Shown in pieces: positions 9,894 through 19,021 of a DNA stretch of 64,000 nt. The translations under genes and the position numbers were made by a program. This stretch comes from Candidatus Bathyarchaeota archaeon. GTDB lineage: Archaea > Thermoproteota > Bathyarchaeia > Bathyarchaeales > Bathycorpusculaceae. The notes beneath the pieces were generated by a model. The model was not told the origin of the DNA and ran no database searches. It worked only from the letters and a program-made list of their open reading frames with translations. The stretch spans positions 160,001 to 224,000 of the forward strand of contig CAVRFW010000009.1 of assembly GCA_963720565.1 (NCBI GenBank). The letters run 5' to 3'. The number at the start of each line of letters is the position of its first letter. Position 1 is the stretch's first letter.

Positions 9894-12050
9894 GTGGTCA
9901 TAATGGGCGCGCCTCGACTAAAAGCACTTGCCGTTCTCTTGCTGCTTCTTCTGTCGTCCCCTTTCTTGTTTGTAGATGTCCAGTCGGCGTCTCCTAAACC
10001 CTCGTTTCTAGATCCATTGACAATTCCGAAATGGACAAACCAGCTTGAGAGACCTTTGCCTGTGTATTTGCCCAAAAACGTAACAGATCATCAAGGTAAT
10101 GTCATTCGCCAGGAATACACTGTTAGTGTTGGGGAGTTCTATCAGCAAATACTTCCAACAATCGACGCGAATGGTGAACCAACTGGGTATGGGCTCAGTA
10201 AAGCTTGGGGATACGGTGGTGAGGCCGTAGATGCTATTACGGGTGAAAATCTTGGCTTCGTAAGAACAATTCCCGGGCCAACTTTCGAAACAACGCGTGG
10301 GATTCCAGTCCAGGTGAAATGGGTAAACGACCTCGTGGACGACGAAGGAAAACCGCTTCAACATAACTATCCTGTTGATCCCACAATTCACTGGGCTAAT
10401 CCAAACAACATTGACATGGAAGAAGCTATGAAGCAAACCGTGGAAGGGCTGTCTCCGCCGTTCCCCCCTGGTTATAACGGGGCACCGTACACTATTCCTG
10501 GAACTTCAACAGTAACAAACCCTGAAGGCTGGAATGCCCAGTCGCCCGTTCCGTTAGTTACGCATCTGCATGGTGGTCAAATGCCGTCTGATTATGATGG
10601 TAATCCTGATCAATGGTATACTCCCAACGGGCTTCACGGAGAGGCTTACCGGACTGCTTCAGCGACTGAATCGAACGCTGCGGTATTCTATTATCCTAAC
10701 GCTCAGGATCCCACGACCTTGTGGTATCATGACCATGCTTTGGGTATGACACGCATCAACGTGTTCTCCGGGTTAGCAGGATTCTACATTGTGCGCGACG
10801 CTTATGATCCTATGGCTAAACTCTTGCCGAGCGGACGATACGAAATGCCGCTAATAATACAAGATCGAACTTTCACGGTTGACGGCTCCATGTACTACTC
10901 TCCTGAAGGGTATTACCCCAACTACGACCCGCCACCTTTCAATTACACAAAAGAAAACCCCTATTCCTTGGGAGCCTCATTGGGCAACACCATAATGGTT
11001 AATGGCAAAGTCTGGCCGAACATGAACGTTAACCGTGGTCAATACCGCTTCAGAATCTTGGATGCTTCAAACACACGCTTTTACAACATCAGCTTCTCGA
11101 ACAGCATGCCTTTCACCCTTATCGGGAGCGACGGCGGCTACGTCAAAACTTCGGTTTCAGTTACGTCAGTCCTCTTTTCGCCGGCAGAGAGGATTGACAT
11201 CTTGGTGGATTTCTCCGAAATCACTCCTGGCGAAAAAGTAATTCTCAAAAACAACGCTTTATTCAACACTTCCAGCTCCAAATTCCCTGACCAACTAGAA
11301 ACCGTTGGCCAAATAATGCAGTTCACAGTTACATCCGACTTGGGCTTCGAACCAAAACCATTGCCTTCATTGCTTAACCCAACTCTTGCAGGAGAGTACC
11401 CAAATCTGCCGTCTCCAACAAAGGTGCGAATACTCACTTTGGGCGAAGACATCTCGGTAAGCCCAGCCTTGCCGATGGACTTGTATTTGGATGGGCAGAA
11501 ATGGGCAGCGCCTGTCTCAGAAACACCAGAGTTGGGAACAACCGAAGAATGGGTTTTTGTCAACACTTTTGACACTCACAACATTCACTTACATCTGGTT
11601 CAGTTTCAACTGGTTTCGCGGCAAGACTTCAATTTAACTTCGTACTGGAATGACTGGCTATCTCTGAATGGCGAACCCCCTCTCAATCATACAACCATCA
11701 ACGTCCCGTCTTTAGACGATTATCTGATTGGTCAGCCCAGACTTCCGGGGCCAGCCGAGCAAAGCTGGAAAGACACAATAATAGTGTATTCTCGGCAAAT
11801 CACAGTTATCAGGGTTCGTTTTGCACAGCAAGATGGAGAAGATTTTCCTTTTGACGCGACAAGCGGTCCTGGATACGTTTGGCACTGCCACATTCTAGAG
11901 CATGAGGACAACGAGATGATGCGTCCCTACGTATTGACCTCGATATCAGGTGCAGCCTCATATGGACTTCTCATTGCCATAGGTGTGATAGTTGCAATCA
12001 CTGTAATCTTGCTTGTGGGTGCAAGGAAACTGCGTTCACGTTCTGGATGA
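9894..12050 (+). CDS. Secreted, membrane-anchored multicopper oxidase (CotA/bilirubin oxidase-like)
   Basis: All four Cu motifs: THLHG, WYHDH, HNIHLH, WHCHILEHEDNEMM. N-terminal signal peptide and C-terminal TM helix. Confidence 0.92.
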   Translation: MVIMGAPRLKALAVLLLLLLSSPFLFVDVQSASPKPSFLDPLTIPKWTNQLERPLPVYLPKNVTDHQGNVIRQEYTVSVGEFYQQILPTIDANGEPTGYGLSKAWGYGGEAVDAITGENLGFVRTIPGPTFETTRGIPVQVKWVNDLVDDEGKPLQHNYPVDPTIHWANPNNIDMEEAMKQTVEGLSPPFPPGYNGAPYTIPGTSTVTNPEGWNAQSPVPLVTHLHGGQMPSDYDGNPDQWYTPNGLHGEAYRTASATESNAAVFYYPNAQDPTTLWYHDHALGMTRINVFSGLAGFYIVRDAYDPMAKLLPSGRYEMPLIIQDRTFTVDGSMYYSPEGYYPNYDPPPFNYTKENPYSLGASLGNTIMVNGKVWPNMNVNRGQYRFRILDASNTRFYNISFSNSMPFTLIGSDGGYVKTSVSVTSVLFSPAERIDILVDFSEITPGEKVILKNNALFNTSSSKFPDQLETVGQIMQFTVTSDLGFEPKPLPSLLNPTLAGEYPNLPSPTKVRILTLGEDISVSPALPMDLYLDGQKWAAPVSETPELGTTEEWVFVNTFDTHNIHLHLVQFQLVSRQDFNLTSYWNDWLSLNGEPPLNHTTINVPSLDDYLIGQPRLPGPAEQSWKDTIIVYSRQITVIRVRFAQQDGEDFPFDATSGPGYVWHCHILEHEDNEMMRPYVLTSISGAASYGLLIAIGVIVAITVILLVGARKLRSRSG

Positions 12051-12094
12051 CAAAATCACTTCCCTGCACGTCTAAGATCAAGATACTTCGTAAA

Positions 12095-12118
12095 TGTGAC
12101 TGTGCGGTCACAACCACA
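12095..12118. promoter_or_regulatory. 24-bp inverted-repeat site, copy 7
   Basis: TGTGACTGT-GCGGTC-ACAACCACA, the most symmetric copy. Confidence 0.65.
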
Positions 12119-12195
12119 TAGTTTTTTCTACTTTCAATCCCATACAAATTTTAGCGCACAAACTGTGAACAATTGAATACTAACGCGATGAAGGC

Positions 12196-12525
12196 TTGGC
12201 GTATGAAAATGACCAAGACTTTGAATACCCCATCTTCCCCCAAGAGAAGGGCTACTTCTTACAGCGAAGTCTTAGTCGAGGAAAGAACCTGCTTTCTAAA
12301 TCGCCAAGCCCGACGCGAAACGTCATTAAGCAAATTAGGCAAGAGAGGGGAACCGACGTGAATAGAAAACTTGGAAGAGAGCTTTACAGGAAAAGGCAAC
12401 AAACATTCGAAAGCAGGGAACCGTCTGCACAAGATAAGTCTGCTAATGACCCATTTCCTAAGAATATCTCTGCAGAAGTGCGAAAAAGGGAGGCATCCAA
12501 GCCTCTATATCTATGTTACGAGTAA
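12196..12525 (+). CDS. Hypothetical basic protein
   Basis: 109-aa ORF downstream of a 24-bp site; no recognisable family. Confidence 0.4.
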   Translation: MAYENDQDFEYPIFPQEKGYFLQRSLSRGKNLLSKSPSPTRNVIKQIRQERGTDVNRKLGRELYRKRQQTFESREPSAQDKSANDPFPKNISAEVRKREASKPLYLCYE

Positions 12526-12962
12526 AAGATTGAACTCGAAGTCGTTTCGTGTTTTCACGCAACAACCTGTGCCTAAAACCGCTATTACAAGGTCATTTTC
12601 TCTTTGCCAGTTTAGCGAACAGTTCAGGCAATGCAAGCTGTTCTATCACCGATTACTTCAGGAATTCCACACAAGATAACCTGCATTGGTTACACGCTGT
12701 ACCATAGAATGAAAAATTCGAAAGAAACTTTGCGACAGATATACAATTGTGCCAGTACTCTCTAGGACACAAAGTGTGCTGGTTGGAAAAAATAGATAAA
12801 GATGTCGCGTATCTCTCTCATCTCGATGCACATAACCAACTTTCAAGGGCTTTTTTGGCGAAATAGGTTTAATTGTCGGATATTTTTGAGAGGACCCAAG
12901 TTATTGGGCTCTTTTGTCGCAGAAGCGTGCGCAGTATTGCCCTGTCTAAACAAACCATCGTT

Positions 12963-13751
12963 CTAGCTGAGTGCGTTCTCTTCTCTTGGTCGAAGACGTT
13001 TCTTGGAGCTAATAGCAAGACCGGTTACGATTATGGTTGCCGACGCTGCTCCCACAATCAAGACTGCTGGGTCTGGTTCTGAAATGGAGTTTGTAGTTGG
13101 AGGAGATGTAGACAAAGGAGCTTGCGAAGGCTGCTGGGTTTGTTGGGGTCGGGGCGTTGGAGATGACTGCGGAGTAGACGTGGGCTGTGGTGTAGGTGAC
13201 TGTTGGGGAACGGGCGAAGGCTGAAGAGCCCGCGGGTTGAACCCCGTCCACGGGGAGGTATATATGGTTCCGGCTGGGTTTGTGCCGATTGTTATTTGGC
13301 TAACCATGCTTACCCAAAGATCGCCATTCGCGCTGGGAAGCACCAGACGGAGCGTCTCCGGCAAGGGCTGCCCATTTAACTCGTAGGCTAGAATCACGTC
13401 TTCTCCCATGGCTTCGGCAATCGAGATTTCTCTCACATATCCGTCTGCGGCGTGGAATCCTAGAGACATCGCACTTTCGTCAGGTCCGACCTTGTCAAGT
13501 AGAAGGCTGAGGCTTACGCCGGTCCAGTTTCCCCCACCAACGAAGGCTCCGTAGCAGTAAATTTCGCCGTACACCGTAGTCTTCGGTTGTGCCATGAGTT
13601 CGCTAAGGGTTAGGACGGTGGGGTTGGATACGGCTCCGTCAATTCCTAATTTCCATTCTGAGGAGGCTCGTACCGTGATGGTGGATCCGAGGAGGATGAA
13701 TCCGAGAGTGAAGGCAAATAATAAGGCTGGAACAATTTTCTTTTTCATCAA
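12963..13751 (-). CDS. Surface-anchored molybdopterin-binding oxidoreductase-domain protein (sulfite oxidase/MsrP-like fold)
   Basis: WKLGIDGAV, IYC (Mo-ligand Cys position), WTGVSLSLLL, AADGY, LAYELNGQPLP..LRLVLP. Signal peptide, Pro/Thr/Gln-rich linker, C-terminal TM. Confidence 0.8.
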   Translation of the reverse strand: MMKKKIVPALLFAFTLGFILLGSTITVRASSEWKLGIDGAVSNPTVLTLSELMAQPKTTVYGEIYCYGAFVGGGNWTGVSLSLLLDKVGPDESAMSLGFHAADGYVREISIAEAMGEDVILAYELNGQPLPETLRLVLPSANGDLWVSMVSQITIGTNPAGTIYTSPWTGFNPRALQPSPVPQQSPTPQPTSTPQSSPTPRPQQTQQPSQAPLSTSPPTTNSISEPDPAVLIVGAASATIIVTGLAISSKKRLRPREENALS

Positions 13752-13978
13752 GACACCCTTATGGTTCGCTACAGTAATATGACACGCGTCATACTATTAA
13801 GTCTTCAGCCCAACCCACGCCAAAAACACCATCAACCAACCACTCCAACGCGCCCAAAGTTTGGACACAGGCCTCTCTGTCTCACCAAGGTTGCCCTCTA
13901 ATACCTATGATAAAAAAACCACTTTCTTTCAGATAAATTGGCATTTTTCTTCTTTCAGACGCCAGCTGCTGATCAATT

Positions 13979-14560
13979 TCAGCAAGGTTTTCCCAAAAGA
14001 CTATCCGTCAGAGTCTTTTCGCGTACGTTGTCCGCAGTTGCCTTGCCAGCCAGTCTTTCGGCCAGTTTGAGGGCGAACAGAAGCGCTGTAGCTGGTCCTT
14101 GACTGGTTACTATATTCCCATCTTCCACCACCAAATCCGACTTCGGCTTCCCTCCACCCTTTTTCAACTCATTCTCCATTCCAGGAAAGATAGTGCAATT
14201 CCTATTCTTCAGTATTCCAGCGTCAGAAAGCACCGCCGGGCCCGCGCAGATAGCAGCCACCAGTTTCCCAGCCTCAAAAGCATCTTTCACGATTGCCAAG
14301 ACCCTTCTATTCTTTCTGAGGTTCTTGTAGCCTGGATTACCTCCAGGGCATATGACCGCATCGAAATCTTTCACAGCTATTTCATCAACGGATTTGTCAG
14401 CAACAAATTTCATTGCGTGACCACCTTCTATCGCGCCGCTAACTAAACCTGCAACCGTGACTTCCACCCCGGCTCTTCTAAGAACATCCACCACAGTAGC
14501 AGTTTCAATCTCTTCGAACCCAGGAGCCAGAAAAACCAACGCTTTGCTCATACCTAACAC
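13979..14560 (-). CDS. DJ-1/PfpI (YajL/ThiJ-type) protein
   Basis: GFEEIE, PGG, AAICAGP nucleophile elbow, TSQGP. Confidence 0.92.
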   Translation of the reverse strand: MLGMSKALVFLAPGFEEIETATVVDVLRRAGVEVTVAGLVSGAIEGGHAMKFVADKSVDEIAVKDFDAVICPGGNPGYKNLRKNRRVLAIVKDAFEAGKLVAAICAGPAVLSDAGILKNRNCTIFPGMENELKKGGGKPKSDLVVEDGNIVTSQGPATALLFALKLAERLAGKATADNVREKTLTDSLLGKPC

Positions 14561-14667
14561 TCACACTTATGAAACTCATGACTCTATATAAATTTCTTCA
14601 AGGCCCACAGCCTCAATAACGCCAGACTTAATGTTTTTGCCGTATTTTCTTGGTGCAGCATTGTTGT

Positions 14668-15696
14668 TTATCCGAAGAATATCTTAGCAAGGTCATAAAG
14701 TTGCAGGTCAACGGTTTTTCGTTTGCCAATAACCGTTTTCAAGGGGACAGAAGTGATGTCTTTTCCCTTGAGGGCAACCATATGCCCATATTTTTCTTCG
14801 TTGATAAGATCTATTGCGGCTTTGCCGAATCTTGTCGCAAGCACTCTGTCATACGCAGTGGGCGACCCTCCACGTTGAAGGTGCCCCAACGTGACCACTC
14901 GGGTTTCAATTCCTAGCGTCTTCTCTATTTCATTTCCAAGATAGTACCCAACTCCGCCAAGCTGCGGATGCCCAAACTCGTCCACGTTAGTGCTGTGCAA
15001 TATTTCTTTGCCGTCTTTCGGCTTGCACCCTTCCGCAACAACAATTAGACTGAACTTCTTGCCCCTCTTCTGCCTGTGTCTTATGTACTCGCAGACTTCC
15101 TGGGTGTCAAACGGCTTTTCAGGAATCAGGATCACATCTGCTCCTCCAGCGATTCCTGTTTCAATCGCGATCCAACCAGTGTATCTTCCCATAACCTCAA
15201 TTATCATTATTCGGTGATGTGCTTCTGCAGTCGTGTGCAATCGGTCTAGTGCGTCAGTGGCTATGGACACTGCAGTGTTAAACCCGAAGGTAGTGTCCGT
15301 TTCCGCCAGGTCGTTGTCGATGGTTTTCGGGACAGCCACACACTTCAACCCCAAATCAACCATCTTCGAAGCCACAGTCAATGTGTCGTCACCGCCGATG
15401 GCTACGACTGCATCTATGTTCTTGCGTTTTGCATTTTGAAGTGTTTTTTCTGGGCCATCTTGGGTTTTAAAAGGATTTGTCCGTGAAGTTCCCAGGATTG
15501 AACCTCCCCTGGGCAGAATTCCGGAAATAACATTCAAGTTTAACGGTACATATCGGTTTTTGAGAAGCCCATTCCAACCGTCCTTTATTCCAATCATCTC
15601 ATAGCCGTAGGTCTGTATTCCATGCCTAACAGCCGCACGTATGACCGCGTTTATTCCGGGTGCATCGCCGCCCCCGCTTAGTATTCCCACTTTCAT
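14668..15696 (-). CDS. pfkA: PfkA-family 6-phosphofructokinase, probably PPi-dependent
   Basis: GGGDAPGIN, GGSILGTSR, GGDD, PKTIDND, EVMGR, LGHLQRGG. Start set at ATG 15696 after AGGTGG. Confidence 0.9.
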   Translation of the reverse strand: MKVGILSGGGDAPGINAVIRAAVRHGIQTYGYEMIGIKDGWNGLLKNRYVPLNLNVISGILPRGGSILGTSRTNPFKTQDGPEKTLQNAKRKNIDAVVAIGGDDTLTVASKMVDLGLKCVAVPKTIDNDLAETDTTFGFNTAVSIATDALDRLHTTAEAHHRIMIIEVMGRYTGWIAIETGIAGGADVILIPEKPFDTQEVCEYIRHRQKRGKKFSLIVVAEGCKPKDGKEILHSTNVDEFGHPQLGGVGYYLGNEIEKTLGIETRVVTLGHLQRGGSPTAYDRVLATRFGKAAIDLINEEKYGHMVALKGKDITSVPLKTVIGKRKTVDLQLYDLAKIFFG

Positions 15697-15841
15697 CTGT
15701 TCCACCTGATTAGTTGGATAAACCATAAAAGCCACTGCTCATTGCCTTAAGAGTCTTCCGCTATCAAAACTTGAAGGAAATTTAGTTTCATGAATTCAAA
15801 AAGGTTTATTTTACCTTGAAAATAATGCTTCTTGATTTGCT

Positions 15842-16611
15842 ATGAATATACTTGAGGTTGAAGGTTTATCAGTCAAGGTCGAGGACAAGCTTATCCTCAA
15901 CAATGTACATTTCAGCCTGAAAAGTGGAGAAAGTCACATTCTCTTTGGACCCAACGGCTCCGGGAAAACCACGCTAATCAGCACGCTTATGGGTCTTCCA
16001 ACGTACGAGGTGGTTTCCGGCAAAATCCTCTTCATGGGCATAGACATCACCGAAAAGAGCGTTGAGGAAAGAGCACGTCTCGGTATGGTTGTGAGCTTCC
16101 AGAATCCTCCCGAGATTGCAGGCGTAAAGCTGGGTGATCTGCTCAAACTATGTTTGGGCTAAAACTCCCGCTGACGATTTCAGTGAAGAAGAGAAGGACC
16201 TAATAACTGCCTTCAGACTCAATGACTTTTTAAACAGAGACATTAACGTGGGTTTTTCAGGCGGAGAAAGAAAACGATCAGAGATTCTTCAATTAATATT
16301 CCTGAAGCCAAAACTTCTCCTTTTGGACGAGCCTGACTCCGGCGTTGACGTAGAAAGCCTAAAACTCATCGCCACTGAATTACAGCGCTACGTCGAGAAG
16401 AGCGGAGCTCTCGTCTCTGATAATCACGCATAAAGGCGACATACTCGAATACGTCAAAGCCAAATACGGTTGCATATTACTATCTGGACAATTCCACTGT
16501 TACACGCAACCCATGAAAATATACGAAGATATCAAGAAAATTGGCTACGAACAATGTGTAGCTTGCAGACGAAGAACAAAGGAAGGATGGAAATTTGAGC
16601 AAACAAAATGA
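15842..16611 (+). CDS. sufC: Fe-S assembly ABC ATPase SufC, interrupted by two apparent 1-nt insertions
   Basis: Walker A GPNGSGKTT; FSGGERKR and LLDEPDSGVD in a second frame; LIITHKGDILEY...YEQCVAC in a third frame ending at TGA 16611. Shifts at about 16160 and 16410. Confidence 0.85.
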
Positions 16612-17719
16612 ACTTGAAAAAATACCACACCAGATTCTGGAAGAAACTTACAAGGCAGGCATAGACGCGGACGACAAGAACCGTTCCGCCACCTTTTTCC
16701 ACGTAGACCAGTCCACGCTCTACTCAAAGGTAAACGAACTCTACGAAGGAAAAATTGAACTCATGGACACAAAAGCAGCCCTGCAAAAGTATTCATGGCT
16801 CAACGATTACATGTGGAAACTCGTCGACAAAAACAAAGACGAATACACCCGCAAAGTAGCAGAAAACTGGAGCGGCGGATACTTCATGCGCATACTACCC
16901 GGAGCCGAAGTAACCTTTCCTCTGCAATCATGCCTTCTAATTACCCAGAAAAACCTGGAACAACGAATCCACAACATCATCATCGCCGAAGAAAACTCGA
17001 AAGCACACATAATCACAAGCTGCCTCCAACACTCCAGCGTTCCCAACGCCTCGCACATGGGCATCTCAGAAATATACGTCAAGAAAGGTGCAACCCTCAA
17101 CTTCACCATGATCCATCAATGGAGCGAAAGCACTCTTGTACGCCCAAGAAGCGCCTCAGAAATAGGCGACAACGCCACATTCGTCTCAAACTACGTCTGC
17201 ATGCGACCCGTCCGAGACATTCAAATGTACCCCGCAGCATTCTGCAACGGAGAAAACTCCACAGTAAGCTTCAATAGCATAATCTACGCTCACCCAAAGT
17301 CCAAGCTGGACCTCGGGTCAAAAGCGGTACTCAAAGGAAAAGGAAGCAAAGCAGAAATGATCAGCCGCTCAATATCACGCGAAGGCTCCAACATGACAAT
17401 CCGAGGCCTAATCGACGGTTCCAGCCCCGACTGCAAAGGACACCTAGAATGCCGCGGCCTACTGCTAGACGAAAACGCAGTCTTGGAATCAATACCGGAA
17501 CTGATCGCCAGAAAGAAAGGCGTTGAAATCACACATGAAGCGGCCGTAGGCAAGATTTCGGAGAAAGAAATAACATACCTAATGACGCGCAAGCTCTCAC
17601 GCGATCAGGCTGTCTCACTGATAATTCGAGGCTTCATGGACGTAGGCATACTTGGTCTCCCTGCTGCATTAAACGCAGAAATCAAACGCATAGTCGACGC
17701 GTCAACAGAAGCCAACTGA
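16595..17719 (+). CDS. sufB: SufB/SufD-family Fe-S scaffold (archaeal minimal SUF/SMS type)
   Basis: PLQSC, GHLECRGLLL, ITHEAAVGKI, LIIRGF; follows sufC. Confidence 0.9.
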   Translation: MSKQNELEKIPHQILEETYKAGIDADDKNRSATFFHVDQSTLYSKVNELYEGKIELMDTKAALQKYSWLNDYMWKLVDKNKDEYTRKVAENWSGGYFMRILPGAEVTFPLQSCLLITQKNLEQRIHNIIIAEENSKAHIITSCLQHSSVPNASHMGISEIYVKKGATLNFTMIHQWSESTLVRPRSASEIGDNATFVSNYVCMRPVRDIQMYPAAFCNGENSTVSFNSIIYAHPKSKLDLGSKAVLKGKGSKAEMISRSISREGSNMTIRGLIDGSSPDCKGHLECRGLLLDENAVLESIPELIARKKGVEITHEAAVGKISEKEITYLMTRKLSRDQAVSLIIRGFMDVGILGLPAALNAEIKRIVDASTEAN

Positions 17720-17769
17720 ATAGCCAGTCGCCTAGCACCAAATGAAACTTGAAGAGAGATTAACAGCCC

Positions 17770-18027
17770 CTATAGTCTCTTGTACACAACATCTCTTTCT
17801 TTGACCGGCTCAGCCATCTTCATACCTACGCTCTGTCCTGCTTCGGCTTTCTGGATGTTCGCGTGTTCAATCTGCATGGACTCAACAACTTGTTCAAAGT
17901 CAGTAGAAGGTCCTTTGACTAAGATACGTTCCCCGACAGAGAGAGGTGCAGTCAACTCGACTACGGCGACGCTGATTTTCGAGAAGAAATGCGCAATATT
18001 GCCAACCTTTACTATTTCTTCACTCAA
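17770..18027 (-). CDS. Small beta-barrel protein (translation-factor domain II-like / U32 C-terminal-like)
   Basis: VGNIAHFFSKISVAVV...QVVESMQIEH...AGQSVGMK pattern. Confidence 0.75.
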   Translation of the reverse strand: MSEEIVKVGNIAHFFSKISVAVVELTAPLSVGERILVKGPSTDFEQVVESMQIEHANIQKAEAGQSVGMKMAEPVKERDVVYKRL

Positions 18028-18106
18028 ACGCTACAACCTCACAAACACTATAGAAGAGAGAGCATAAAAAACTTGCCAACACCCCGCCAGAACAAGGAAA
18101 AAAGTT

Positions 18107-18746
18107 TTGAGCCAGGGGAGCAGAGTTGAGAGCATGCTAGATATTGAGAAAAGGACTCCACAACAGCAAAAGACCGCGGAAAACGCCATTAAAAGCCCCC
18201 AAGCACTAACAGAACTGCTGGAAGGTTTACGATCCAAGAAATGCGCAATCAGATACGCCGACTTCAAAGCCGTTTATCTTATTAGCGAAGACCACCCCGA
18301 AATGCTCTATCCAAGATGGACCTTCTTCGAGGACTTGCTCAAATCCAAAAACAACACCTTCGTGTTCTACGCAATCCATGTTCTGGCTAACTTGGCAAAA
18401 GTCGACGAAGCCGGAAAATTCGGAACAATATTTGATCAGTTCTTCAACATCCTAGATGGCGACGCGCTAATCCCAGCATGCCATGTCGCCTACGTTTCAC
18501 ACAAAATAGCCAGAGCTAAACCCAAACTAGCAGACAACATAACGAGAAAACTACTTAGACTTCGAGGGAACCCAATACAAACACAGAGAACTCGTTCAAG
18601 CCAACGCTTTAAGATCCTTCTCAGAATATTTCGACCAGATAGAAAACAAAGACCCAATATTCAGCCTAGCCAGGGAACTGCAGAAAAATAGAAGTTCAAG
18701 AGCGAAAAAAGAAGCCGCAGAATTCTTCAAAAAACACCCGCCCTAG
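18107..18746 (+). CDS. HEAT/ARM-repeat-like hypothetical protein with an apparent 1-nt insertion
   Basis: Helical protein. The plausible C-terminus LDFEGTQYKHRELVQANALRSFSEYFDQIENK...AKKEAAEFFKKHPP* lies in the +1 frame after about 18554. Confidence 0.6.
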
Positions 18747-18827
18747 CTTACTAGGAAATTTGCGCGTGCGCTTGAGCAGAAAAGTTTTTCACCTCAATGA
18801 TAATCATTCTATAGAGATGTGATTTGA

Positions 18828-18929
18828 ATGGAAAAGAAATGTCCTGTCTGCAAAAAAGTATTCACAACTTTTGACAGCAAGAAGAAATACTGTAGCGATC
18901 AATGCTCCAAGAAAGCCAATAGAAAGTAA
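18828..18929 (+). CDS. 33-aa zinc-finger microprotein, not in the ORF track
   Basis: MEKKCPVCKKVFTTFDSKKKYCSDQCSKKANRK*: CPxC plus YCSxxC; GTGA upstream. Confidence 0.75.
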   Translation: MEKKCPVCKKVFTTFDSKKKYCSDQCSKKANRK

Positions 18930-19021
18930 AGGAGCGAAAACGGGGGACAACGCCCGGAAAAGTCGCTGGAAGCTTCCTAAGCGGAATTTAGCTCGCAATC
19001 CTATCTTGCAAGTAGCCTGGG

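Noticed and set aside
12102..12111. GTGCGGTCAC matches the 3' end of tRNA-Gly (24935-24944), suggesting an att site bounding an island
   Set aside because: Only 10 bp, it lies within a copy of the 24-bp regulatory motif, and no integrase or mobile genes lie between the two; chance is sufficient.
13100..13225. Imperfect short repeats resembling a repeat array
   Set aside because: They encode the P/T/Q-rich linker of the 12963-13751 protein; there is no repeat-spacer structure.
13778..13793. Palindrome TATGAC-ACGC-GTCATA upstream of the Moco-domain gene
   Set aside because: Single occurrence with 6-bp arms and no candidate regulator; insufficient support.
15842..16611. Programmed frameshifting or pseudogenisation of sufC (and purM)
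   Set aside because: No slippery sequence or decay, and all breaks are single-base insertions; sequencing error is more parsimonious.
18755..18780. GC-rich CGCGTGCGC-like tracts in several intergenic regions (also near 9803 and 24763)
   Set aside because: Too short and inconsistent to define a repeat family.
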